From positions 12,982-76,981 of the forward strand of contig JAZURY010000025.1 in the NCBI GenBank assembly GCA_045606445.1: a DNA stretch of 64,000 bases, in the 5' to 3' direction. This document shows positions 1 through 8,574 of the stretch, in pieces. The DNA is from Bacteroidaceae bacterium. GTDB taxonomy: Bacteria > Bacteroidota > Bacteroidia > Bacteroidales > Bacteroidaceae. The first letter of the stretch is position 1. Every line of letters starts with the position of its first letter. Below the pieces are notes generated by a model that saw only the letters and a list, made by a program, of their open reading frames with translations, made no database searches and was not told the DNA's origin. Both the position numbers and the translations under genes were made by a program.

Positions 1-842
1 CCACTGCATGCTACAATTTAGGCGACATCTATCTTAATGGCAGACCTGGAGTGGAAAAATCCTCAAAGGATGCCATGGCGTGGTTCCTTAAGGCCCACGA
101 ATTGGGTGATGAAGATGCCGCAGAGGAAATAAAGAAAATAGATGAACTCTATTGGACAGAACACGCCGATGACTACTCCACCAAGGTAGAGTCCTCGGAC
201 CATGGACTGGTGGATGAACAGGGAGGTGAATATCTCTTTAAGAAACTGCTTCGTATAAAGGATAAATCAATTACTTCATATCATGTGGCAGAAGGAACGC
301 GAATAATTTGCGACAATGCTTTTGAGTATTGCCGTGAATTATCGGAATTGATAGTTCCTGAAGGTGTCGTCTCTATAGGAAGTAGGGCATTTGAGTCTTG
401 TTCTTCTTTGAAATCAATTACATTGCCATCAACATTAAGGGAGATTGGCGACGAGGCTTTTGAGTATTGCAGTGAATTATCGGAATTGATAGTTCCTGAA
501 GGCGTCGTCTCTATAGGAAGTAAGGCATTTTGGAGTTGTCGTTCATTGAAATCGATTACCTTGCCATCAACAGTAAGAGAGATTGGCGACGAGGCTTTTT
601 GGGGTTGTGGTAATTTATCGGAATTGATAGTTCCTGAAGGCGTCGTGTCTATAGGAAGCAAGGCATTTGGTAGTTGTGGTTCATTGAAATCAATAACCTT
701 GCCATCAACGTTGAAGGAGATTGGCAACGGGGCTTTTGAATGTTGCTTTGGCTTGAAAGAGGTAGTGCTTCCCAGGTGTATTGAATCCATAGTGAAGTCA
801 TGTGATATTAGGTCTTGGATAAAGTTAGTTTACATTGACTGA
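1..842 (+). CDS. Sel1-repeat / BspA-type leucine-rich-repeat (LRR_5) protein, 5' end outside window
   Basis: Frame 3 is open from base 3 (TACYNLGDIYLNGRPGVEKSSKDAMAWFLKAHELGD, Sel1-like repeat), so the listed GTG at 51 is internal. The rest is repeated IVPEGVVSIGSxAFxSCxSLKSITLPSTxxEIGDEAF units typical of BspA-like LRR_5 proteins. Confidence 0.8.
   Translation, partial: TACYNLGDIYLNGRPGVEKSSKDAMAWFLKAHELGDEDAAEEIKKIDELYWTEHADDYSTKVESSDHGLVDEQGGEYLFKKLLRIKDKSITSYHVAEGTRIICDNAFEYCRELSELIVPEGVVSIGSRAFESCSSLKSITLPSTLREIGDEAFEYCSELSELIVPEGVVSIGSKAFWSCRSLKSITLPSTVREIGDEAFWGCGNLSELIVPEGVVSIGSKAFGSCGSLKSITLPSTLKEIGNGAFECCFGLKEVVLPRCIESIVKSCDIRSWIKLVYID
336..749 (+). repeat. 3 x 138-bp near-identical in-frame tandem repeat inside the LRR gene
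   Basis: Units 336-473, 474-611 and 612-749 share TTATCGGAATTGATAGTTCCTGAAGG(T/C)GTCGT(C/G)TCTATAGGAAG... with only scattered substitutions. Each unit encodes 46 aa. Confidence 0.9.
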
Positions 843-913
843 TATACTATATGAATACTTCCATAGGGGAAGCAGATGGATAAGACGTATATAATATTAA
901 GGTACACAGAGGA

Positions 914-2305
914 ATGAAACTGAAGATGCTTTCCGACTTTAATCTCTTTGGCAGGGCGTACCGTGCCACCAGCCATGAAATATGGGTGTCCGTAAAACTG
1001 CTGGTTGTAGTTACCGTATGCTTTGCCGTAGTACTGTTCCTTGCCGAGAGCACGACCAATGACGGATATACGTTCTGGGATGCGCTGGTGTGGACCTTCG
1101 TGAAATATGTGGAGGACCCTGCCGACATAGTGTCAGCACCAGTGACTGTTGTGGGCAAGGTGGTGGGTACGCTGGTGGGCGTATTGGGCATTGCCATCTT
1201 TGCCGTGCCGGCGGGTCTGATAGGTTCGGGCCTGATGGAGGCGATGGATGAGAACAAGCGTGAAAAGGAACTGGACGAGTACTACCGCCGTGTTCGCAAG
1301 GCCTTCCGCCGTGGGGCAAACAAGTCATTGCGCACCTATCTGAACTCCCTGCCCGACAAGGGCGGTGAGGCGTTTTCGCGTCTCAACTTTGTGCCTCAGC
1401 GCATTCCTGTGGCGCGCCTTCAGGTGCGCCAGGGAATGGACATGAAGGACATCTTCGAGGTGTGCCGCAAGTATCCCGACCTCTGCCTGAAGAACCTGGC
1501 CGAGGCCACAGAGAATACCGCCGACGACCTGTTCGTGGTGGAGATGTTCCCCAAGAACCGTTCCTATGGGTGCTGTATCGACCGCGGTTCCAAGGTTACC
1601 ATAGTGTGCCCTACGGGATACTCCGATTTGGGCATAGGATGGTATGGCTACTATCTGGCAAAACTGGGCGGATTCAACTATGTGTGCAAGAGCATAGAGG
1701 CTGATGCCGACGAACTGGATTCCTTCTACAACATGTCCGAGGAACCTCTCTACAACAAGCAGACGCGTGCCGAATATGGCAAGAATGACAGGGAGGCGCT
1801 GAAGATGCTGGACAGGAAGGAGCACATGCGTACGGAGTACCTTGGCGACATCCATGCCTTGGGCGGCGCTCGGGACTCGTGGGTAATAATCCTTGCCGAC
1901 CATCTGAAGAACGGGGAGAATACCTTCGACCTCCACTTTGCCTCGGCACTGAACGACGGCACCGGGCAGACGGTCAAGGATACCGCCCCGTACAAGGCGC
2001 TCTACGAGGCATTATCCACGATGGCGGCCGGAGAGTTTGGCATGGCATGCACTCCACAGTCGGCACGCTACCCCTTGCTGAAGAAGAACGTGGCCTATCG
2101 TCTGCAACGCGAAGGCCTGCAGGGCAATGTCTTCGTGTTGCGGCCCTCCACACAACTTGTCAACTTCGAGGACAACAAACTGCTGGTGGCCCTGCGCATG
2201 GCACAGGTCATCAGCAGGCAACTGGACGGCGCCAAAGGTATCAGCGAAAAGGACATTGCGGACTTTGCTACACCTGGATACGGGTTTTCGGAACGCATAC
2301 TGTGA
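914..2305 (+). CDS. 2-TM potassium-channel-like pore protein with non-canonical filter and large C-terminal domain
   Basis: The N-terminus has TM1 (VKLLVVVTVCFAVVLFLAE), a pore-helix-like FWDALVWTFVKYV, then EDPADIVSAPVTVVGKVVGTLVGVLGIAIFAVPAGLIGSG. This aligns to KcsA-type [25 protein letters not shown], but TVGYG is replaced. About 330 aa follow with no motif I recognise. Confidence 0.6.
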   Translation: MKLKMLSDFNLFGRAYRATSHEIWVSVKLLVVVTVCFAVVLFLAESTTNDGYTFWDALVWTFVKYVEDPADIVSAPVTVVGKVVGTLVGVLGIAIFAVPAGLIGSGLMEAMDENKREKELDEYYRRVRKAFRRGANKSLRTYLNSLPDKGGEAFSRLNFVPQRIPVARLQVRQGMDMKDIFEVCRKYPDLCLKNLAEATENTADDLFVVEMFPKNRSYGCCIDRGSKVTIVCPTGYSDLGIGWYGYYLAKLGGFNYVCKSIEADADELDSFYNMSEEPLYNKQTRAEYGKNDREALKMLDRKEHMRTEYLGDIHALGGARDSWVIILADHLKNGENTFDLHFASALNDGTGQTVKDTAPYKALYEALSTMAAGEFGMACTPQSARYPLLKKNVAYRLQREGLQGNVFVLRPSTQLVNFEDNKLLVALRMAQVISRQLDGAKGISEKDIADFATPGYGFSERIL

Positions 2306-2333
2306 GTCTAACCCAAATCGATTTGGGTTAGAC
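2306..2333. terminator. 28-nt perfect palindrome between convergent genes (hairpin, no T-run)
   Basis: GTCTAACCCAAATCGATTTGGGTTAGAC begins 1 nt after the stop codon of 914-2305. Confidence 0.4.
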
Positions 2334-2395
2334 GGGCTGTATTGCTAAGTGCTCAGTAATCAATGCTTTGCGTTTACATATCCGTTTCCTTGTGG

Positions 2396-2494
2396 TGTAA
2401 AACCATTTACATGCCGTTGTAAAACTATTTACATCGTGATGTAAAACAGTTTACATAGTGTTGTAAAACCATTTACACCGTGATGTAAAAACGG
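2396..2494. repeat. Iteron-like array: 4.5 phased copies of a 22-bp unit containing the palindrome TGTAAA-N4-TTTACA
   Basis: Copies start at 2396, 2418, 2440, 2462 and 2484 (truncated). The 16 bp TGTAAAAC(C/T/A)(A/G)TTTACA are conserved and the 6 bp between them vary. Confidence 0.9.
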
Positions 2495-2509
2495 AGGCAT
2501 CGTATATGA

Positions 2510-2974
2510 CTATTCCGCTGACCACACCAACACCTCTTCGTGCTTGTCGAAATAGTCGTCCAGCACTACACCGTATCGTTTTGCAAGGGAGATGATAAAA
2601 TCCTCCTCATCTTTTGTAAGCATGATTTCGCCTTTACGGCATTGGTAGTACCTGCGGTATCCCATCTTGCCCATGGCAGAGAGGCGGAAACTTTCTGCCT
2701 TTCCCGTGGGCATGGCTTTTACTGTGCGTATGAAGCCGCGAGCACGTCTTGCCGGCCGGTTGCTCAGGTATAGGGTGCATGCGCCCTTTTGTCGTGCTAT
2801 CCATTTGGGGTTGGTAGTCTTGATAAAAGGCCGGTCCTCTTCTATTGCCATGTATGCCAGGTGCCGAAGGCAGGTTTCTGCCATAGGGCATTCTGTGTGG
2901 TTGCACAAGCCAAAGTTTTTTGGCATCGTGCTGAGGTCTATTGTCATAACTGGCAGATTCTTTCTTTCCTGCAT
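2510..2974 (-). CDS. Hypothetical Cys-rich basic protein
   Basis: 154-aa ORF with CNHTECPMAETC near the N-terminus and an R/K-rich centre. No family recognised with certainty. Confidence 0.55.
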   Translation of the reverse strand: MQERKNLPVMTIDLSTMPKNFGLCNHTECPMAETCLRHLAYMAIEEDRPFIKTTNPKWIARQKGACTLYLSNRPARRARGFIRTVKAMPTGKAESFRLSAMGKMGYRRYYQCRKGEIMLTKDEEDFIISLAKRYGVVLDDYFDKHEEVLVWSAE

Positions 2975-3132
2975 AGTGCGCTATGTTGTTTGTTTGTCTA
3001 CAAAATTACATTTTTTCAAACAATAACCAAAGAGTGCCAATCCTTTTTTTCAGATTCTTGCATGCAGTCAATAAAAATAGGCCGTCAGTTGGTCCAGGCT
3101 GTAAAATACAGTGCTTCATGGGCAGGATAGTA

Positions 3133-3191
3133 AAAAAAGTTGCCCCAAATATTGAATTTTTCGCCTTTCGTGACTATATTATATAAGGTAA
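3133..3191 (+). repeat. 59-bp direct repeat, copy A (partner at 8552-8610)
   Basis: AAAAAAGTTGCCCCAAATATTGAATTTTTCGCCTTTCGTGACTATATTATATAAGGTAA matches copy B at 56 of 59 positions. It contains TTGAAT-N17-TATATT. Confidence 0.9.
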
Positions 3192-3534
3192 CAGGTGAAA
3201 GGAAGAAAAGGAGAGACACAAAGCATGTATGTTTGGCGCTTTGGAAATAAATGGTTAACTTTACCTCGCTAAGTGTGCAATCAAATGCAGGGAAACAACG
3301 AAAATAGTCTGAAAAATAACCGCCAACATCCTGATTGGTACATCTCTGAGTGAAAGCATTAACTAAATAGGACAATAAACGACAAAACCTAAAATCATAA
3401 ACATTATGGCAGATTTTGAGATTAAGGATGGCATTGCCATTATCCCACCGAGAATATCAAGAAGAGTTGGGAAGAGGTGCTGTAAGAACGGAATACAATA
3501 ACTGAATAGAACAAACCTTTAAAAATATTTTACC

Positions 3535-5184
3535 ATGGAAAAAAGTGGAAGAACAATTAGAGTGGACTTGACCCGTTCGGGCATCAAGAGAATTACTATG
3601 CTCCCATTGGACAATGAGGGTGTGGAAATCATGAAGGAACACGGAAATGATGCAGAAGAGGCATGCAGCGACATTTACGATAAGGTATGGAGTGAAGATT
3701 CCGGGCAGTTGATGGACTTCGTGTTTGAAAATGCATATAGCGAATACGGGTTATATGTGGTTGACGCAGAAACCGAAGAGGAGATCTACGAGGACGACAG
3801 TTTTGTGCCTGACACCAGTTGTGGACTAATGTCTTATAGCGAAGCAGAAGCGGAATACCCGGATAACGAAGAAGATTTCTCCAGGTATGTGAAGTATCTC
3901 AGAAGTGAGTGTCAGACCAACGAGCTTTACCTGTCTCAGGGTTTTGCCAAAGCATGGAACGAACTTAGCGAACCGACAACGGAAAGCGCAGCGACCTTTA
4001 TCCCCAACTTTATGCTTTATGCCTTGTCGGCAGCAGACGCCAAGAATGCCTTGCTCATGGGTGTTGAGGAAAGTGAGCCCGTGACAGTTTCTTTCTATAT
4101 CAATCTCCCCGAGGGAGAAAATTTCGACCCGGCTAAATTGGATTTTATTAATATTGATGAGGATTATGACGCCTATTCTGAGGTGCTGCAAGAACTGCTG
4201 GCAAGAGACATCATTTTGCTCAATGCCATCATCTATGACGGTAAGATATACTTCGCCGGTCACGATGATATAGACATATTAGACGTTAGTGACGAAGAAC
4301 CCATCTTTGACTATGTGGACGAGAACATAGCAAAGAAAAAAATGAACTTCTACGAATTTATCACTAACGTAAGAATGTCTTACGATTATTACGATGAGCA
4401 AGAGTATGATGAGGACGAAGAGAACTACCTCTCCGCTCAATTGGATTTTTCGGAATTGGACGACGATGAGATGGACCGTTTCTTTGACATCCTTGCTGAC
4501 GAGTGCGACTTCCCCAACGAAGTGCTCTGGGAAATGCTAGACTATGATGGAGAGCTGGAAAGAGATTCCCTCATAGATATTGATGATGAGAACGCCGGTA
4601 TGGAAATCCTTATGCAGTATCCCGAAGCGTTTGTAAAGGCCGCTCATAAGTTCCTTGCAGAGCAAGAAGACGAAGAGTGTGAAGAAGCGATATATGGCGT
4701 AGGCGGCTATTTCTGGTGGGGAGATGATGAACTTGAAGAAGAATTCTCTGTGGAAGAAATTGCAATGGGAGCAAAAGACGAAGAAGGTCTTATGGAAAAT
4801 GGACTTTATATTGAGAAATTAGGAGATTGGTTCCGGGAGTACTGCATTGTTGAAACCGAAGATGATGTCTATTACGACGCATATGGTGCCACAGAGGAGG
4901 AAACAGAACTTTTTGTCAATAACATCAAGGCGCAATATGGTGATGAGGAAGCTGAACATATAGAGAATTTGTCGTTTGCAACAGCTGACGATTTTGTAAA
5001 ATTCCTTGATGAAGATGAGGGGGATCTCAGCTTGCCTTATGCTATGGTTTGTGCTGCATATTGTGCTCAACAGGGCATTGCAATAGATGATGACACACGT
5101 ATTTGCGAAGACGTACAACTTTACTATTTCAACGATTCCTGCGAGTTCCATTATGAATATGAAACTGACATCGATCTTGGATAA
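3535..5184 (+). CDS. Very acidic hypothetical protein (549 aa)
   Basis: Long ORF dominated by D/E runs (YDEQEYDEDEENY, ELDDDEMDRFFD, EQEDEECEE, WGDDELEEEF). No signal peptide. The same frame upstream carries a 31-codon ORF from ATG 3406, interrupted by two TAA codons. Confidence 0.6.
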   Translation: MEKSGRTIRVDLTRSGIKRITMLPLDNEGVEIMKEHGNDAEEACSDIYDKVWSEDSGQLMDFVFENAYSEYGLYVVDAETEEEIYEDDSFVPDTSCGLMSYSEAEAEYPDNEEDFSRYVKYLRSECQTNELYLSQGFAKAWNELSEPTTESAATFIPNFMLYALSAADAKNALLMGVEESEPVTVSFYINLPEGENFDPAKLDFINIDEDYDAYSEVLQELLARDIILLNAIIYDGKIYFAGHDDIDILDVSDEEPIFDYVDENIAKKKMNFYEFITNVRMSYDYYDEQEYDEDEENYLSAQLDFSELDDDEMDRFFDILADECDFPNEVLWEMLDYDGELERDSLIDIDDENAGMEILMQYPEAFVKAAHKFLAEQEDEECEEAIYGVGGYFWWGDDELEEEFSVEEIAMGAKDEEGLMENGLYIEKLGDWFREYCIVETEDDVYYDAYGATEEETELFVNNIKAQYGDEEAEHIENLSFATADDFVKFLDEDEGDLSLPYAMVCAAYCAQQGIAIDDDTRICEDVQLYYFNDSCEFHYEYETDIDLG

Positions 5185-5228
5185 GATGTAATAACTGAAG
5201 AATAATAAAAACTTAAAACATAAACATT

Positions 5229-6299
5229 ATGGCAAGAAAAGCAGAACCAAAATTTAAGATTGTCCCCTCAATGTCTGGAGTCTTTGTTGATGGGAAGTAC
5301 CAAGTTAATGAAGAAATGCGATTGGATAATGTTAAACTCCCTAAATCATTTGATGGAATACTGACAATACCGGCAGAGGTTACTCAGTTGGGGAAATTTG
5401 TATGTGCGGACAAAACAGAAATTACGGAAGTCGTTTTACCAGAAGGACTCAGACGCTTAGGTATAGGAACCTTTCAAGGATGTTCTAATTTAGTTAAAAT
5501 AAATATTCCTTCGAGCATTGATAGCGTGTGTGATGATGATACTTTCTACGGATGTTCGTCATTAAAGGAATTGCATTTACACGGAAACATTCTTTTTCTA
5601 TCCGGCCGGGCGTTCAATGGACTTCCTGAGGGTATTAATATTACTATAGATGAGTCCAACCCGAAATTTATCGCAGATGGTCAGGCTATTTTAGAGAAAG
5701 ATGGTACGCGCATTATCAGACTCTATGCTAAGACCTGTAGTTACGAAATAAAAGATGGCACCGTAACCATAGATTGTTATGCTTTTGCGGAGTGTAAAGA
5801 ATTGCAATCCATTACTATTCCAGAAGGAGTTCTGACAATTGGTGAATGGGCTTTCGCTAATTGTGACAATTTGGAGACAGTTGTTATTCCAAATACAGTT
5901 AAGGAGATGAAATGCAATGCATTTTGGAAATGTGTAAATCTAAAAAGTATAGATATACCTAATACCCTGACAGAAATAAGTGAAAATGTATTCAATGGTT
6001 GCACTAACCTTATGAGTGTAGTTATTCCTCAGGGCGTAACGGAGATTGGTGCGGGCGCCTTTGGCCGTTGTACCAGTCTTACAAACATAGTAATCCCCGA
6101 GGGCGTAACGTATATCGGCTATGATGCTTTCAATGATTGCACAGGTCTTACAAGCTTAATAATCCCCTCATCGGTAACAGAGATTGAATATTCTGCTTTC
6201 TCTGGTTGCACCGGTCTGCAAGAAATTACCGTAAGTTCTGAAAACTTGCTTGAAGATGTGAAATTACCTGAGGGAATAAAGGTAATCGTTGCATCCTAA
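5229..6299 (+). CDS. BspA-type leucine-rich-repeat (LRR_5) protein
   Basis: Repeated I/VPxxVxxIGxxAFxxCxxLxxIxIP units (e.g. VVIPQGVTEIGAGAFGRCTSLTNIVIPEGVTYIGYDAFNDCTGLTSLIIPSSVTEIEYSAFSGCTGL). Confidence 0.8.
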   Translation: MARKAEPKFKIVPSMSGVFVDGKYQVNEEMRLDNVKLPKSFDGILTIPAEVTQLGKFVCADKTEITEVVLPEGLRRLGIGTFQGCSNLVKINIPSSIDSVCDDDTFYGCSSLKELHLHGNILFLSGRAFNGLPEGINITIDESNPKFIADGQAILEKDGTRIIRLYAKTCSYEIKDGTVTIDCYAFAECKELQSITIPEGVLTIGEWAFANCDNLETVVIPNTVKEMKCNAFWKCVNLKSIDIPNTLTEISENVFNGCTNLMSVVIPQGVTEIGAGAFGRCTSLTNIVIPEGVTYIGYDAFNDCTGLTSLIIPSSVTEIEYSAFSGCTGLQEITVSSENLLEDVKLPEGIKVIVAS

Positions 6300-6314
6300 T
6301 TTGTACATTGCTGA

Positions 6315-6545
6315 GTGATGAAGAGGGTGGATGCCGTGGCTTTCAAAGGTGCTATCAGCCTTGAGACCATCACTATGCCAATGGGTATGACCAGGATTGA
6401 CTCTGAGGCTTTCTATCGTTGTACCGCACTGAAGACTATTTATGTACCCGCCAAGAAGGCCGACTACTACAAGCAGCGCTTGCCCGAGGAACTCCACCAG
6501 TTCATCGTGGAGATGGAGCCTGTGAAAAAGGCAAAGAAAAAGTAA
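6315..6545 (+). CDS. LRR_5 C-terminal module, in frame with 5229-6299 but separated from it by TAA and TGA
   Basis: VAFKGAISLETITMPMGMTRIDSEAFYRCTALKTIYVPAKKADYYKQRLPEE is the usual last LRR plus tail of BspA-like proteins. It has the same reading frame as the upstream gene (both start coordinates are 0 mod 3). Confidence 0.5.
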   Translation: MMKRVDAVAFKGAISLETITMPMGMTRIDSEAFYRCTALKTIYVPAKKADYYKQRLPEELHQFIVEMEPVKKAKKK

Positions 6546-6612
6546 TGACGCTCATGGTGAAACCATATCTCTCGGTTGTGTGCACAACCGAGAGATTTCG
6601 TAACACACAAAG

Positions 6613-6906
6613 ATGACTCTAAATATGTACACAATAGACTACTTGAAGACGCTGCATGCCGATTATGTGGAATGGGATACTGACCCAGGGAGCCTTATAT
6701 GGCCTGAGGACACCTATTATCTCATCGACAATCTGTCTGACGATGATTTTAAGGAACTTGCAGAGTTGGAAGAAGATGTTGACTTTGTTGATGCAATAAG
6801 AGACCACATTCAAGATTATCTTGATATTGGCACAGTGAAGTCATTCAAACTCAAGGACCCCGCAGGCAATATCCTCTGCGAGTATGATGATTGTTTTTAT
6901 GGGTAA
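6613..6906 (+). CDS. Small acidic hypothetical protein
   Basis: 97-aa ORF, D/E-rich, with no recognised motif. Confidence 0.45.
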   Translation: MTLNMYTIDYLKTLHADYVEWDTDPGSLIWPEDTYYLIDNLSDDDFKELAELEEDVDFVDAIRDHIQDYLDIGTVKSFKLKDPAGNILCEYDDCFYG

Positions 6907-7002
6907 ATGAGCAGGGAACTGTGTAACTTGCAGTGTGAATAACTAAAATGTAAAGAAAGTATTTTTAATTTGGTATAAATTTTTATAAAGAAACTTTTGA
7001 AT

Positions 7003-8049
7003 ATGACACTTGATGATAGAATAAAAGAGGATTTAGACAATTTATATAATAAGGGAGAAATTGACGGTGCTAAAGAATTGGACGACCTGGTTAAGACGGA
7101 TAAATCAAAGTATAGCAATCTTCAAAATCTCGCCAATACACCTGAAAAGCAAAAAACTCTCCAGCGATATATGATGGACCAAACTTCTTTTGCGACAAGG
7201 GCACTTCCTGTTTATGGCTGGGGCAAGCGCGACGCCAAAACGGTTATGGTAATGCTTAATCCAGGCAATGGCGTTGAGAATGCAAACAGGGAACTGCTTT
7301 ATGAACTGAAAAAGCGTAATATGTCCAAGATGTTTAGAAAACTGTCTTGCGGGAGTGCTTGTCCGCAAGTTGGCTTGAATGACGATGATTTGACGGATGA
7401 CATTAAACATTATAACGATTTCAATGCGCATTATGGCGATTGGGATCGATGGAGGATGGACAATTTTGATTTGAAGCAAGCATTCTTCTTGCGTCATTGG
7501 AAAAATTGCGGAGTCGGTTTGGATGAAACAAATTTGAAGTATATTCTCGACAACAAATCGTCTGCAAAAAATAAGGTAAAGGCAGAGGTGCTTAGAAGAC
7601 AGCTTGAAGAAAAGAGAAAGGTGCTTATGGAAAAGCGGCAGCTTGAACTTGTGCCATACGCATCAAGGAGTTTCAGTGCCATCGACAAGAAGGAAATCGG
7701 CAAAATTTTTCCTTATGTCGAAACCCTTTTCCATGAAATCTTCTCTTATTATGACGACAGAGAGTTCGTTATCTTTTGTTCACGTAAATTTGAAGAAGTT
7801 TTCCAAGCATACAGCGGTGACAATAATTATCCAGGAACCATTGATTTTATACATTACGAGGAGAAGAACAACTTTAAAGGGTCAAAGTTGACGGTCTCTT
7901 GTAGTGTGATACGTATTAACTACGGCAATAAAAGCATAAAAGCCATTATTGCTAACACATTCCCAAATCAAGCCCTGCCTAATGCTTATGATTTAATGGC
8001 AGCTTATGGAGAATTCTGCTATAATTGCCTATTGAAGCACTTGCCCTAA
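7003..8049 (+). CDS. Hypothetical protein in an AT-rich segment
   Basis: 348-aa ORF counted from the first ATG (the track starts at TTG 6997). Codon usage is visibly AT-rich compared with flanking genes. No confident family assignment. Confidence 0.55.
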   Translation: MTLDDRIKEDLDNLYNKGEIDGAKELDDLVKTDKSKYSNLQNLANTPEKQKTLQRYMMDQTSFATRALPVYGWGKRDAKTVMVMLNPGNGVENANRELLYELKKRNMSKMFRKLSCGSACPQVGLNDDDLTDDIKHYNDFNAHYGDWDRWRMDNFDLKQAFFLRHWKNCGVGLDETNLKYILDNKSSAKNKVKAEVLRRQLEEKRKVLMEKRQLELVPYASRSFSAIDKKEIGKIFPYVETLFHEIFSYYDDREFVIFCSRKFEEVFQAYSGDNNYPGTIDFIHYEEKNNFKGSKLTVSCSVIRINYGNKSIKAIIANTFPNQALPNAYDLMAAYGEFCYNCLLKHLP

Positions 8050-8186
8050 CAGCTGGTTATAAGCGCCCCCAATATTTATGCAGAAGCAAGGGACCTTTCC
8101 ACCACCATCTTCGGTTTCATGGATAATATAGGTTCAGGGATGCACTAATGATGAGGATGCGGCGCCGACACTATGGAAAAGGCGAT

Positions 8187-8213
8187 AAAAGGCAAGCATA
8201 TGCTTGCCTTTTT
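8187..8213. terminator. Bidirectional intrinsic terminator
   Basis: AAAAGGCAAGCATATGCTTGCCTTTTT: a perfect 8-bp GC-containing stem flanked by an A-run and a T-run. Confidence 0.7.
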
Positions 8214-8299
8214 AATTGGATTAAGGAGTAAAAAACGCTGTTTTTGTTTCCTGTGGGAAATAAAATTGCTATATTTGTGTAAAATAATTGCTTATAGGT

Positions 8300-8574
8300 A
8301 TGCAGTTGATTACAAGAAAACTCTATGCAGATAAGGTTGATGCATGGATAGGCAAGGGACAAATAATAGTCCTCACAGGTCAAAGGACCTAATAGCTTCT
8401 GAGGAAACAGAAAAGAGAGAGTTTGGAAGTTTGGATAATATCAAGGATAATTACCCTAAGTATGTCATTTCCATGACTCCTCTTGTGAGAAGAAGTGATC
8501 GCCAGGGAGTGGTACACTTGGGGTTGCGCGAGTTCCTTAAGAACGGGTTTGAAAAAAGTTGCCCTAAATATTGA
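8300..8574 (+). pseudogene. Remnant of an AAA+ ATPase (DUF4143-type) gene with a large internal deletion
   Basis: ATG 8300 encodes MQLITRKLYADKVDAWIGKGQIIVLTGQR, the N-terminus up to the start of the Walker A region, and then stops. A different frame continues with EETEKREFGSLDNIKDNYPKYVISM, which is the usual C-terminal end of this family. Confidence 0.6.

Noticed and set aside
2396-2494. Possible CRISPR array
   Set aside because: The repeat units are contiguous at a 22-bp period with only 6 variable bp and no spacer-length unique segments. No cas genes are present in the window.
3501-6314. Stop-codon reassignment or programmed readthrough as the explanation for the in-frame TAA/TGA pairs at 3499-3525 and 6297-6314
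   Set aside because: All well-recognised genes in the window end normally at TAA, TGA or TAG with expected lengths. Two consecutive stops at each site argue for decay or independent small ORFs rather than recoding.
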